Of a stretch of 64,000 bases of DNA, positions 35,101 to 45,590 are shown piece after piece. The stretch is taken from the NCBI GenBank assembly GCA_946965045.2, contig OX337242.1:2542001-2606000 (forward strand), given 5' to 3'. Both the position numbers and the translations under genes were made by a program. This DNA comes from Epithemia pelagica. Taxonomy: Eukaryota > Protista > Bacillariophyta. The first letter of the stretch is position 1. Each line of letters starts with the position of its first letter. The notes beneath the pieces were generated by a model. That model did no database searches and was not told where the DNA came from. It saw nothing but the letters and a program-made list of their open reading frames with translations.

Positions 35101-36401
35101 GGACAGATTGGGACCTTGGCCTGTAACAATTTCTTGGGCAAGATTGATTGTCGGGCCAGTTGTAAAATTCGTTTGAAAGACAGATGTCCCAATCTATAAT
35201 GCCACCGTAACAACTCATCTTGAGGATCGATGGTTGTTGGTTCCTTGTCATCTGGTATGACATGGGGTCCTTCAGGAAGGTCAAAGTCGACTTCAGTTGC
35301 GTCGACAGTTTGAACAGGATGGCTCATTGATCGGTTGATTGGTGGATCCGTCGGTTTAGACGGTTCCACAGGATCTGGAGGCTGCAGTGACAAGTCATCA
35401 TTGTCCTGTTCATGTTGTGTTGCATCATCATCATCTGGGATGATGTGAGTTTCGAAGACAGACAAGGTCCGGTTGGACTCCAGTTGGGGATCCACCTCGC
35501 AGGATGCAACAAAAGCAGCAAACTTCTTGTACCCAGGGGCTGAATGCATAAAGCCAATGTTCAGCTTTGCGTCCAATGGAATGGTCTTTCGATGACGTCG
35601 TTGGTCCCAGAACAAGATCACCTCTTTACTTGTGGTCATGCATCCAGTTCCCTCTGGTGTTGGCTCATGGTTGTTTGCTTGCTGGGCCCATTGTTGCGGG
35701 CATAAAAGGCGATGTGGTGCATCAGGAACAAAGTAGGTGTTCCGAATCACAAATTTACATTGGACACCATTATCGTCTTCAATTCGCCAAGCCACTGTTC
35801 CTTTCTTTGTGGCCATCGCTCGCTTCTTACTAATACCTGTGACTTGCACCTGTACAGACTTAGGTGGCTCGATAAAGTCACTTAGCTGATTTGTGATACA
35901 GGCAGATGCAGCTATGTCCACCACCACCAGGATGGTCATAGTGTCTGAGTCAAAGGTAGTAGTTCGGGCTTGTGGTGCTCGTTGGTCATCCCTGCCCTCT
36001 GTGTTGATTTTAGTTGCTTGAGCAACTAGATGCTGTAGTGTAGTTCGTTTCTTGCGCTTTGGTCGCACATATCCGAGAGGGTAACCAGAGCTAGGTCGTC
36101 GTCTGGTTTTCCAACTCGAAATCTCATTTTGCATCCAGAGTAACCATGGCGTCCACAAGTAAACATCGAAGAGTCGCCATAACCAAAGAAGGGTAGAATT
36201 GGTTTGTGGTCGACGACGACCATCACAATAGACACAAGGAATGATCATGTCTACTATGATTATTGTTACATCGAGCAGGCTAGGATGCACAGGCCAGCAT
36301 TGCCACAGCCGAATTGTAGAATCAACTGAAGCATCCATGTTGACCCATCCGCTAACCAGACCCAGGAGTATAAACCATCCCAAGCCTGGCGCCACCATCA
36401 T
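32154..36401 (-). pseudogene. Copia-2 pol (PR-IN-RT-RH) with frameshifts and deletions
   Basis: HYRLGH...CPAC zinc finger, VSVDQL, HADNG, NGIAEK, KARLNVHGG, YIDD, VDADFAG. Confidence 0.9.
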
Positions 36402-38273
36402 TCGTTGAAGTCGACACTGTCCATGTCACTGTCAACAGTGTCGAAGGCTGCAACATGGGCAGCATCATTGGTTTGAGGTCGACTCTGTCCGGTTGCATTC
36501 TTGCACTCTTTTGGGTGATGAATCACCCATTTGCCTGCCCCATCATTGTGGTTGGGGCACCAGTAGTACAACTTCTCGCCAACTTGTTTCGTTGCATATC
36601 CATCCACCTTTGTTTCTGTACCAGTCGGCTTGACATCCTTCCAAGCAAACTTGTCCTTGGACTTGCCACCTGACTGTGACGATGTCTTCTTGGTCGACTG
36701 TTTGGCTTTGTCTTTGGTCCCTTTGTCTTTGCCTGGAGTTGTTCGAGGTTTCGTCTGATTGCTGGATTTGGCATTGATTTGTTTCTCAACGGCATGTAGT
36801 TTAGCCCTCAGCTTGCTCCTCGGAAGGTAGTCCCCAAGCTCCGGACTGTACTCGTTCCTTGTACTTGTTTTCGGCCTTGACCATCAGTTGTTCACTGGTG
36901 TAGTCAGCCCGACCGTCGTTGTACATATTCCTGAGATCCTTGACGTAGCTCACAAACTCGGAATCGTGCTGGTCGTGCGTATATGCTTTCCACAGCAACT
37001 TCCGGTAACTACACGTGAGTCGCATATTCTCTCCCAATACCCAACGGACGAAACCAAAACAAAGGATCGATATTAATACAAAGTACGTATTATGATACCG
37101 AAGAATATGATTTACCATTCTCTAGTATGGAACAAATGGGAACGTCGAAAGGTATGTCGTTGGTATGTCGTTTGTATGTCGTTTGTATGTCGTTTGATGT
37201 TGTTTGATGTCGTTTGATGTCGTTTCGGGCTCGCGCGCAAACATGGTTTGCCTCAAAATCCAGCGGTGCTCCTTCAGTTGATGGGCCTACCGTCAATCAG
37301 TGACTTCAAACCTTGTGATTTCTCGTGAAGAATCCAATTTGCTGGAGAGTACATATTCTTTTGGCGATAAAAACATCCGACATCATCCGACATCATCCGA
37401 CATCCTCCGACATCATCCGACATCATCCGACATCTACCAAATCCTCCGACATCCGTGACTTTGGATGTTTTCCTCATATTAAAATAATCTGTACCTAGTA
37501 TGATCATATAAGAAGTATTACTGTGTGAAAATTAAAAATGTTATATCGTGACGATACTCTGAGTAGTAGAAGGATTACCTATGTTTTGAGTCCATTACCG
37601 GAAGTTGCAGATAGGAGAGCAGGTCTGGTGCGTCTGTTCCACGAGCATTTAGTCGTACGACTTGAGCGCGCACCCAGTTATTGAATTCAGTCACATTTCC
37701 ATCCAGCTCTACCAACTTGTCACTCATGTCAATGAGTGTGTCTCGAATATGGGCTGTTGTAGCTCGATTGTCAATGTAGGTTAGTACAATGATTTGCTTT
37801 AGGAGACAAATCCCATCCGGCACATCGTTGATTGTGAAGTCATTCACAAACAACAGAACTTGTGCCTTAAAGTCCTCGGTCAAGGACTCGATGAGTAAGT
37901 TGTAGAGCATGTCTGAGTTTTGGGCATCCCTGGTTTGAGTCCCAATGTATTGGTTGGCGCGTGCAGTGACTTGAGTCATAGTCACACTTGCGTACTGCTT
38001 GACCAGGTCCTTGTTTTGATTGTTGCCCACTGGGATGGTAAGGATGCTTGTCCATCCAAAGCGACGTGCACGATTGGCAACAGAGGCCAAGAAAACGGAG
38101 ACGTGGTCCGGTTTCCCATCAAACTTGGTTTCGAGAGGTGAGATAGCCTTGTAGTAGATCTTGGCGGACGCAGAGTCAGTGTAGTCCAGGACGTCGTTGG
38201 TACGACCGGATCCCAAAGCAAAGGCTGGTGGATTCGCTGGTGGAGGGTTCTGAGGTGGAGCAGCGTCTCCCAT
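36398..38273 (-). pseudogene. Copia-2 gag, split by a MITE and a small deletion
   Basis: Fragments 37575-38273, 36801-37118 and 36398-36795; zinc-knuckle-like WCPNH...HHPKEC. Confidence 0.8.
36996..37607. mobile_element. 612-bp MITE (CMC/CACTA- or Harbinger-like) inserted in Copia-2 gag
   Basis: 13-bp perfect TIR CAACTTCCGGTAA; 3-bp TSD CAG; excision restores gag SYL-WKAY; internal inverted arrays of ATGTCG/CGACAT. Confidence 0.9.
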
Positions 38274-39155
38274 TCTTCGACGTTGAGCTCTTGTTTGAAC
38301 GATGGTAGCGAAATAACGGGGTGAGAGAGAAAGGAATCAGTTCGATCGCAGAGGAAGCGTGTGATATTTCTACTCTAGGTTCGTAGGAGCCGCTAAAGTA
38401 GGGGCGATGTTTCGTTTGTTTTGTTTATTATGAGCTTTCTACGGCTTAAAATGAACATAGGACAAGAAGGTATTCACCTGAGGCTTGCCTTGCAGATTGT
38501 CCTTGCAGTCGTAAAAATAACGAAGCGAACATGTAGATTGTATAGATAGTCTAGGTGACCGCAGTGCATGCTATGGTCCCTATATTGTCACATCAATGCC
38601 AAAGGAACCTGAACCAGATGATTGTAGATGTACCGTCAATACGCCTTTTCTCATGAACGTTGATCATTGATAAAGCTCGTGTCAGCTTCATCCAACGAAA
38701 GAATGAGTAGGCCAAGCGGGAGTCAGAGCATGAGGGTTCCAAACCAGAAGAGCGGCAAAGAGTTTTCCGTCGTGTCTGCTTCTGGTCATCATGGTGATTG
38801 GTTCAGGGAGGGTGGATTTGACGTTTCGCGACCCGGTTTTGTGGGGCGCGTGGCGGACGTTCTCATCGCGCGCGTGCATAGATTCGTCACATACACTAGA
38901 GGATTTAGTCGTGGTCCTGATGAGGAACATTTGACACGCGTGCCGTGGCTCTCAACGGATCACATTCACTCTCACAAAATGGCGCCATGGGACTGGAAGC
39001 ACCTCAAAAATCAAGGGTACAACGGACCCACCATTGGGAATTTGCCATTGCATTCGCCCTTGGACCATCTCATCGCAATTCACTTTGTTGGCTTTGCTTA
39101 GACATTCATTGAATCCATCAAGTCCTTTCCAAACCCCCTGTTCCAATTGCCGACC

Positions 39156-40673
39156 ATGAATGGCAGTTTCCGAGTGATGATATCGTCTCGCCCGCACCTT
39201 TTCCTACTACAGCTCCTGTTGCTGTGCCATGTCACACAATGGAGTGAGGCTCGCCATTGGACGGAGGTGGTGAATCCCATGGTCTACCGGTATCCCGGTT
39301 TGGATGCCGATCGATTCTTACTGAAACAAGAAGCCAATCCCTTGCAGTTTGCTGCCAGTGAACGATCCATGGCCCCATCGTCCTCTCCTTCGTCCTCGAC
39401 GTTAACGCCCACATCTTCCACCACCGCGACACCCACCACGACATCTCCCACCTCGACTGCACCGACTACAACAGCTCCCACCACCATGGTCTGTCCTCAT
39501 CCACAAAACGAACAAGGCTTTGAATTAAAACTCATGGATACTTGGGGTGATGGATGGGATTCCACTCGCATTGTCATTTTGGGTCCGTCGCCCATGGATG
39601 GTTCCGTAATGTCGCAACCCAATACGGCATCCACCATTCAGGAAACGCACACAGCCACGACAACCACAGCACCGGACGCAACCACGACCACTCAGGAGGG
39701 GGAGGGACCCACGACGACGGGGGATACCCCGGTCGATCCACAAGACTCGACGACTACCACCTTGTCTCAAGTGGTCACCCTCGAATTTCCCGATGCATCA
39801 CCACCAGAGTCACTCCCACCGTTCGATCCGTCCACCACATCGTGGATTCACACCACCGGGTCTTCCGTTGAGGTGGTCTTTAATGGAACCTTGGACAATG
39901 GTCATGTGGCCTTTCACCAGCTGTGTTTGCAACCTGACACGTGTTATCATGTGACTGTGGAAGGAGGGAATTGGGAACAAGATGTTTGTTGGGAACTTCG
40001 ATTGCCCTTTTTGGAATCCACCAATGCTATCCAACAACAACAACAAGGTGGAGGAGGAGACCCGACAGCGGCATCTGTCAATTACTTGTCCCTCGTCTCC
40101 AATGGATGGGCCCCGGTATCCTGTCAGTTCTCTTTTGGTCCCATTAGTGCCGATGATACCGTCTTGCAAGAGTCCACAGTCATTCATTGTCCCAATACCT
40201 GTCGTGGCGAATTGCGTCCGACAACGAGTCCCACCCAGGCTCCGACACAGACCACGGCTCCCACCACACCCAGTCCTTCGCGCAGGCCCACGCATACTCC
40301 CTCCGTATCGCCACCCAGTGCACTCCTTGACACATTATCCTCGACGAATCCAACACCGTCCCCCAGTAGGACCACATTGACACCATCGAATCGTCCCACC
40401 AGCGCACCCGTCCCAACTCCCGTGCCCACGCCGGCACCGCAACCGCGTCGATGGTGGGAAACCACCGACGATGGAGTCGTGGCCGCCACTCCCAGTGCCA
40501 CCACGGATGATGCCGTTGCCAGTCCCTCGGTATGGCTGACACCGGCCGGAGAATATTACTTTTATTATAGTCCGGCCATGTCACCTGCGGCCATGTCGGC
40601 CGAATGGACACCCTCCAGCGGTTGGGACTGGTGGTATCCAACGAGCCCGACGACGACCGCTGGTGGGGTTTGA
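39156..40673 (+). CDS. Secreted Thr/Ser/Pro-rich (mucin-like) protein
   Basis: Signal peptide (HLFLLQLLLLCHVTQWSEA); LMDTWGDGWD-containing Cys domain flanked by PT/TAPT repeats. Confidence 0.75.
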   Translation: MNGSFRVMISSRPHLFLLQLLLLCHVTQWSEARHWTEVVNPMVYRYPGLDADRFLLKQEANPLQFAASERSMAPSSSPSSSTLTPTSSTTATPTTTSPTSTAPTTTAPTTMVCPHPQNEQGFELKLMDTWGDGWDSTRIVILGPSPMDGSVMSQPNTASTIQETHTATTTTAPDATTTTQEGEGPTTTGDTPVDPQDSTTTTLSQVVTLEFPDASPPESLPPFDPSTTSWIHTTGSSVEVVFNGTLDNGHVAFHQLCLQPDTCYHVTVEGGNWEQDVCWELRLPFLESTNAIQQQQQGGGGDPTAASVNYLSLVSNGWAPVSCQFSFGPISADDTVLQESTVIHCPNTCRGELRPTTSPTQAPTQTTAPTTPSPSRRPTHTPSVSPPSALLDTLSSTNPTPSPSRTTLTPSNRPTSAPVPTPVPTPAPQPRRWWETTDDGVVAATPSATTDDAVASPSVWLTPAGEYYFYYSPAMSPAAMSAEWTPSSGWDWWYPTSPTTTAGGV

Positions 40674-41196
40674 GTTGGTTGAGGTTGTGTTGTCCCATGG
40701 AAAAGAAGGAGCAATTTCAAACTGTCGAGCACACAAGGAACAAAACGAGGGGAACAGAGCATGCCTCTGCAAACTTTTTCTACCTAGGTAGACAAACCAG
40801 CACAGTCTATTTAGAAAGCAACCAACTTCAAACAAGAATCTCTACCAACCATGTTGTCCGCACCTAGTGTCTAAAAGGCAGAGGGGAGGAAACCTGCACG
40901 AGAGAGGAAGCACTTGATCCCAACTCTCTCCATGGTTACAGATCGACATAACCAAAATGGGAAACACCTGACATGTCATCATCGGCTGATACTTAGAGTG
41001 GCAACAACAAACCGAGGTCTGTGCTAGCATAGACTATGGCCTTATTCTGTCCCAACGTGATCGGATGTAGACCCAAATGACCAAGTTCACCGCAAACTCT
41101 CAAATTGTCCAACAAGTCCACGAAACATCAAGTACGAAGTGGAGGCACAACCCGGAGGACAAAATAATGATACACATGAACAAAATGGCTCCACAG

Positions 41197-42498
41197 ATGA
41201 CGGTATTGATTCGACGGACGACGCAGCTGGAAAGGAAGACTGACATCCTGCTCCGAAAACAACCATGGAGAGTGCACGCTGCTGCCCGATTCTGGTCGAC
41301 TCTAGGAAATTGTGGGGTAGAGAAGGCCTCCTCATGGCGCAGTCCAAGGATCCGTGTTGGTCCGCCTGATTGTGGAATCCGTTGGGAATCTACCAACAAC
41401 GGCAACGGAGAGACAGTTTTGGACACAGAGGATAGTTCTGAAGACCATACCAATGTTGTGGAATCTTGGATGTCCACTAAGGACCGCCTGATATCCATGG
41501 AACCGGGAACTCTGAAACCAAAGCACTGGGCGGAAGCTGAGGAATTAATTAGTGCTTTACGAACAAACCCGAACCTATCCGACGAAGCGGTCCCGAGGCG
41601 AGTGGAGTACATGTTTGATGTTCCAGAACGACTCGCAGATGAAGTGGTAGAGCTCAAAGACAAAGCGTGGAATGAAAACAACGCTAGCTTCCCTAAGGTT
41701 GATCAAGAGATTCTAAATCAAGTATTGTTGACATGGCTTAACTTCATTCAATCAAAAAGCAAGTCGTCAAGAGACATAATGCATGCGAAGAACCAACATC
41801 GACGCCGACGAAACATGCATTCAAGCTTTGTCATATTCTCCCTTGGCTCTCTTGCCACTGACTCAATCATTGTCAAGGTTGAACGATTCTTCCAAGTTGG
41901 TTTATTTGAGGCAAACACGACTTCATATTTTATCGTACTCCGAGGAATGAACCTGGTGGACGATCCACAACAAGCCCCTCACCAGGCTCATAATATCTAC
42001 AATGGGATGATTGAAAAGAGCAAACACGATCCCTATGACACGTCATTTCATCCTGATAGACGAATTATCAACGTCATGGTTGAGATTTGGGCTCAGAGTT
42101 GGCTTCCCGAGGGTTGCAAAAGAGTGGAAGAATATCTCATGTCCTTGAAAGGCTGGTATGAGCAAACAAATCGTCCAGATCAGAGGCCCGATGCAGACAT
42201 GTACTGTGCGATTATGGAGTCTTACAGTCGATTGAGTGGGTCCCCAGGTGCATTGAAGCGGATTCAAGAATTGTTCTCCGAGATGAAAGAAAACATTTCT
42301 TTGTCTGAGAGGAGTGTCAGAATTTATAATCGTGTCTGTCGTGCCTTGACCGGATGTAAGTCAAAGGAAGCTGTTGGTGCCGCTCAGAAACTCCTTGACG
42401 AGATGTGCGTAGCCTTGATGAACAACAAAGGAAATATAGCGCCAGAGCCAGACACGGATACGTTCAGCACATTAATTGTCGCCCATGGACAACTGGGT
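41197..42498 (+). pseudogene. PPR protein, 5' part (organelle-targeted type), truncated
   Basis: PPR-like units (PDADMYCAIMESYS, PDTDTFSTLIVAHG); the frame runs into unrelated antisense AP-3 delta sequence at ~42500. Confidence 0.75.
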
Positions 42499-42504
42499 AA
42501 AGTT

Positions 42505-42756
42505 CAAGTAGCCAGTTCGTTTGTGGGCAAATCGTGGGCTGGACATGACTTCAATGGTCGCAAAACTGGCCCAGTTCATGGTGTATCCCATCATTTGGAG
42601 AAAGGTCAGCTTTTGCAAGGCGTTGGCCTTGACGTGCATATCGGCACTGGTCAATTCCGTCTTGATTTCCGCAATGCACTGACTAATAAAGAGCGCCGTG
42701 TCGCGTTTGGACGCGCGAATGCCTTTGACCACATCGGTTAAGGTCTTTTCAAACAT
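42505..42756 (-). pseudogene. AP3D1: AP-3 complex subunit delta, N-terminal fragment only
   Basis: MFEKTLTDVVKGIR...KANALQKLTFLQMMGY...IEVMSSPRFAHKRTGYL, then an abrupt end. Confidence 0.8.
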
Positions 42757-43068
42757 TGTCTTTAAGAACGCAATACGAAGGAAAGCCTTCGACAGTCTCT
42801 TTTTAAGGGTGTGGCAAGCCAAAGCTACAGGGAGCCTGGATCATTGTCACCGTGAGAAATGCATGGTAGGCGTCGAACGTCGAACCACAAAACTAAAAGC
42901 GACTATAAAGCGTCTCAAGAGACACTGGATGGGGGACGATGACGAATGACGAATGACCCATCGCTAATCGCGACTGACTCAAGATCGTCCGACACACCCA
43001 AAAGGATTCAAAAACCGCGCTCACAATTTTCGGTGGTCTCTTTCCATATTGCGAGTCACTCTTGGACA

Positions 43069-45024
43069 ATGAAGTTGCAACTGTCGATCTGGGCCGAAAA
43101 CCTTCGGAAACGTGGGTTGCGTCAGCCAGATCCGTATGCAGTGGTCACATTAATGAGCAAAGAAGCGGGTGCCAAACCGGTTGCGCTGGGAAAGACGGAA
43201 ACGATTGCCAACACGGTGGACCCCGATTGGACCAAACTCTTTTGGATTGACAACTATCAGCTTGGCTCGGAATTGAATTTTGTGGTGAGCATTTACAATG
43301 GAGAGAACAACAAGGCCATGGGGTCGGCACTCTTTGAAGTGGGTCGTATTTTGGGTGCCAAGGGGTCCATTCTAGGCAAAGAGTTGAAGGACCAGGGAGG
43401 CATTGTGGTGGCCAGTTTGGAATCCGCACACGATTTTGGAAGTTTGCAATTTCAATTACAGGGATTGGATCTGATTCCGACACAGCGGATGCGTCAACCC
43501 GATCCTTTTTTTGAAGTGCAACGTCTGCGACATTCTGCCGTCAGTGGAGCGCGGTTGTGGGATACCATCTTTCGGTCTCCTCCCATTCAGGATACTGTGA
43601 ATCCAGTGTGGGGATCCTCGTTTCTGGAACTTTCGACCCTTTGTGGTGCACACCGAGACAAACCGTTTCGGTTGGTCGTATACGACCACAAAGAAAATGG
43701 AAACCATGTCATCATGGGAGCAACCCAGCTCAACCTGGATGCTTTGGTTCAGGCAGCGTCTGGTGGTCCAGAGGTGGACCGTGACAAGGCGCTACCACTC
43801 AAACAAAAGGGCCAAGATGCAGGATATATTGCGGTGCTTGTGGCTGACGTGACGGAACCAGAATCTCTTCCCCAACTGGATACGTCGCCAGAAGAGCCTC
43901 TGAAAGTCTACCAGAACGACCAAGAAGAGGAAATCGCTGTTGCGGCTCAAAGTGAAGAACTCACCTTGGAAGGCGACGACGACATCAATTTCATTGCTCC
44001 AACCTTTGCCAACTTTGTGAGTGGTGGGTGTGAACTGCATGCCATGGTGGCCATTGATGCCACTGCCAGCAATGGTGACCCACGTCAATCCACCTCCTTG
44101 CATCGCTTTGACAGTGACCACAATGACTACAAAAAGTCCCTGTCGAGCATTTGTCGACCCCTGTCCAACTTTGATTCCGACCAACGATATCCTGTCTATG
44201 GGTTTGGCGCCAAACGGGATGGACAGGTCAACCACTGCTTTTCCTTACACGACAAAGCCGGAGACAAACAAGACAAAGATTCATATGTTCATGGTGTCGA
44301 GGGGATATTGGAGGCCTATGACCAAGCCTTCAAGTCAGGTATTATAATGAGCTCCCCGCGAGACTTTTCGCAAGTCGTCCGACAATGCACCGCAGCGTCT
44401 TTGGACGAACTGGAGAATGGACACGCCTATTCCATTCTCGTGTTGCTGACCAATGGAGTTCCAGCCGACATGGCGCAAAACGTGTTGGCATTCCAAGAAG
44501 CGGATTCGGCGCCCTTGTCATGCGTGATTGTGGGCATTGGGGATGGTGACTTTGCAGGGATGCAGGAATTTATTGCAAAGGCTAACCAAGGACGAGACAA
44601 GGTGAGATTTGTGCACACATTGGATGCGGCTGTCCTATCGGCCGCCGCGTTGGATCACATTCCCGGACAACTGGAATACTATTTTAAGGAACGCAATATC
44701 TATCCTAATCCAGAAGCAGACGGCGCCGATGAGATTGTTGTGGAACCGTACAATGAGGTGACTGACATAGAAGTTCCAATCGAGATGAACCAGGCAGGTG
44801 ATCCCGTTGTAACGGAGCAGAACGGTACCACAACACCACCGGATGGGAAACCTTCCCAGAACCAGGGCGGACAAAACCCTGGAAAGCTGAACAATAGTGT
44901 CAATCAGATCATGACGGAGGGGCGCAAAATGATGAAAAAGCACAAGAGGCAAATCGGACGAATCCAAAGAAATATGAAGAGAGAGATCAAGAAGAAGTTT
45001 CCTCAAGCGAGGTTTCTATTATAG
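43069..45024 (+). CDS. Copine-like protein (C2-C2-vWA)
   Basis: Two C2 domains (PDPYAVV, PDPFFEV); vWA AIDATASNG, YGFGAK, IVGIGDGDF. Confidence 0.85.
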   Translation: MKLQLSIWAENLRKRGLRQPDPYAVVTLMSKEAGAKPVALGKTETIANTVDPDWTKLFWIDNYQLGSELNFVVSIYNGENNKAMGSALFEVGRILGAKGSILGKELKDQGGIVVASLESAHDFGSLQFQLQGLDLIPTQRMRQPDPFFEVQRLRHSAVSGARLWDTIFRSPPIQDTVNPVWGSSFLELSTLCGAHRDKPFRLVVYDHKENGNHVIMGATQLNLDALVQAASGGPEVDRDKALPLKQKGQDAGYIAVLVADVTEPESLPQLDTSPEEPLKVYQNDQEEEIAVAAQSEELTLEGDDDINFIAPTFANFVSGGCELHAMVAIDATASNGDPRQSTSLHRFDSDHNDYKKSLSSICRPLSNFDSDQRYPVYGFGAKRDGQVNHCFSLHDKAGDKQDKDSYVHGVEGILEAYDQAFKSGIIMSSPRDFSQVVRQCTAASLDELENGHAYSILVLLTNGVPADMAQNVLAFQEADSAPLSCVIVGIGDGDFAGMQEFIAKANQGRDKVRFVHTLDAAVLSAAALDHIPGQLEYYFKERNIYPNPEADGADEIVVEPYNEVTDIEVPIEMNQAGDPVVTEQNGTTTPPDGKPSQNQGGQNPGKLNNSVNQIMTEGRKMMKKHKRQIGRIQRNMKREIKKKFPQARFLL

Positions 45025-45590
45025 TACGAGTAGCTACACCTGCATCCACCGCATGCTCCTAGCTCACTTTATATAAAAAATGACACTGTTTGTTCATCAC
45101 ATCATTCGTAAGCGATTCATACATGACACGAGATGTTTATTCCCGAATGGGAGGCGGGTATGTGCTTCCGAAGATTCGTGGGATGACGAAGATACTCGTC
45201 AAGGAAATGCGAACAGTCTCCACAATCCACAACACAATCAATCAGCGCGGCGGAGATGAATGAGAGAATGCGCGCCTTCGACAACAAGATTCTTCATTCC
45301 CATCGTCCGCCATACATAAAATTTCAAGATTTACAAATTCATATTCAGGTCGCCGCGGGCTGAGTTGTATTCTCTCTGTTCTCTTTCTCCCCCCCGGGTG
45401 CGACCAGGTGTCGATCTAATAGCAGCACGAATCGAGACATCACATTCAAACACTGCTAATGCCACTCCGAACGGACGCTAATGCGAATTTTTTGTTGGAT
45501 GCCGAGATGCTCCAAGACATCATTTGAGTGAGAGTCCACGTACCTAACAACAACGACGACGACAACAACAAAGGTAACTGCACTGTCGGT

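Larger units (their letters stand above)
31963..38592 (-). mobile_element. Copia-2: Ty1/copia LTR retrotransposon, internally defective
   Basis: 233-bp TG...CA LTRs (31963-32195, 38360-38592) with 1 mismatch; 5-bp TSD TCAAT; PPT GGGAGGGAG. Confidence 0.95.

Noticed and set aside
24525-37440. CRISPR-like arrays (15-bp, 10-bp and 11-bp repeats)
   Set aside because: Contiguous tandem units with no unique spacers, eukaryotic context, and no cas genes.
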